This document shows positions 63,149 through 64,000 of a stretch of DNA of 64,000 bases, piece after piece. Both the position numbers and the translations under genes were made by a program. The notes below the pieces were generated by a model. That model was not told the origin of the DNA. It saw only the letters and a program-made list of their open reading frames with translations, and did no database searches. The DNA is taken from the sequence record PQ015379.1, one strand, 5' to 3'. The stretch's first letter is position 1; every line of letters begins with the position of its first letter.

Positions 63149-64000
63149 ATGGCACAAGACCTCAGTTTCATCAAAAAGATGACGCCGGAACAGGCTGCGA
63201 AATACTACAAAAACCGGAAGAGCACCTATCGCCGGTTGCTGTCGAAATTCACCAGCCTGCTGCGTTTCTTCTTTGGCAAATCGTTCCGTTCGAACGTTGC
63301 CACCGCTTCCGAAGTGAAGGTGCGCGAAGTCCGTGATGGTTCTGGTGGTGGCGGTAGTTCCGCTGGCTATGGCCTGTCGGTTCAAAAGCTGAAAATTCCG
63401 GGCAAACGCCAACTGCAAAAGAACCTCGATGCCCTCGAAATGCGCGGCGCCATTGACGAACTCGATGCGATCATCGACCAGTGCAGCGCTACCGAAAACG
63501 CTGGCATGAAAGCGCTGGTTAAAGACATGATCGCCAACCGCAACGCGCTGGCCGAAGTCTACACCGAAGCCCTGCATGCCATGTCGGAAATGTCCGAGAA
63601 TTTCATTCCGGATGAAGTGGGCGATCTGTTCAAACGCATTCAGAAATACTTCGACAGCATGGAGAAAAACCATGTCGAAGCGCGTGGCGAAACCGACGAA
63701 AACGAAGACGAACTGGCCTACTACATCAACGTAGGCACCAAAGACGGCGGGATGGATTTCGTACTGAACTGCGATATCACCCACTGGCGCAACGTCACCG
63801 AAGGTTTCCACAAGGCGCTGTGCGTCGTGGTCACTGTTCGCGTTGAGCCGAACGAATCTGCATTCTCGTTCAAATCCTACGTGAACATTCTGGATCGCGT
63901 GGCCCTGCCGTACCTGTACAACCTCGGTTCGGAAATCACTGGCGAAAACACTTCCGCCGTCGCGAAAAACTTCGTGAAAAACATCGACCGCGAAATCGCT
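63149..64000 (+). CDS. hypothetical protein, runs off window end
   Basis: ATG at 63149 directly after previous stop; MAQDLSFIKKMTPEQAAKYY...NVATASEV; no stop seen to 64000. Confidence 0.75.
   Translation, partial: MAQDLSFIKKMTPEQAAKYYKNRKSTYRRLLSKFTSLLRFFFGKSFRSNVATASEVKVREVRDGSGGGGSSAGYGLSVQKLKIPGKRQLQKNLDALEMRGAIDELDAIIDQCSATENAGMKALVKDMIANRNALAEVYTEALHAMSEMSENFIPDEVGDLFKRIQKYFDSMEKNHVEARGETDENEDELAYYINVGTKDGGMDFVLNCDITHWRNVTEGFHKALCVVVTVRVEPNESAFSFKSYVNILDRVALPYLYNLGSEITGENTSAVAKNFVKNIDREIA

Noticed and set aside
1-64000. Stop-codon reassignment (alternative genetic code)
   Set aside because: Conserved genes translate full length in the standard code and the gyr breaks are frame changes, not in-frame stops.

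Overview
This window looks like 64 kb of a jumbo bacteriophage genome (dense and intronless, roughly 50-55% GC by eye, standard code), covering its replication/recombination/regulation region. Genes run on the minus strand from 1 to about 35.6 kb, plus for a primase pair (35.6-37.0 kb), minus at 37.1-39.4 kb, then plus to the end. Recognisable products: DnaB-like helicase (partial), two sigma-70-like factors, RecA/UvsX, gp32-like SSB, 5'-3' flap exonuclease, type IIA topoisomerase A and B subunits (each broken by a -1 frameshift), Cas4-like exonuclease, DnaG primase, RuvC-like resolvase, DnaX-like clamp loader and SbcC/SbcD. From memory the gene set resembles Lu11/PaBG/RSL1-type jumbo phages of Proteobacteria (not verified); no chimallin or PhuZ was recognised here. 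Most notable observations: (1) a possible electrostatic nucleoid or condensate system (a 108-residue pure poly-Glu protein, several acidic disordered proteins, several histone-H1-like proteins including one with two AT-hooks, and Lys-rich tails on many replication enzymes); (2) a ~25-aa module shared by the H1-like protein and a small membrane protein; (3) a strand-co-oriented ACTGTAAA motif seen 20 times, a likely phage promoter; (4) paired -1 frameshifts in both topoisomerase subunits; (5) several candidate immune-signal sponges (Acb2-like, Tad2/DUF2829, a possible third) and pseudo-enzymes. All family assignments are motif recognition by eye; no searches were run.
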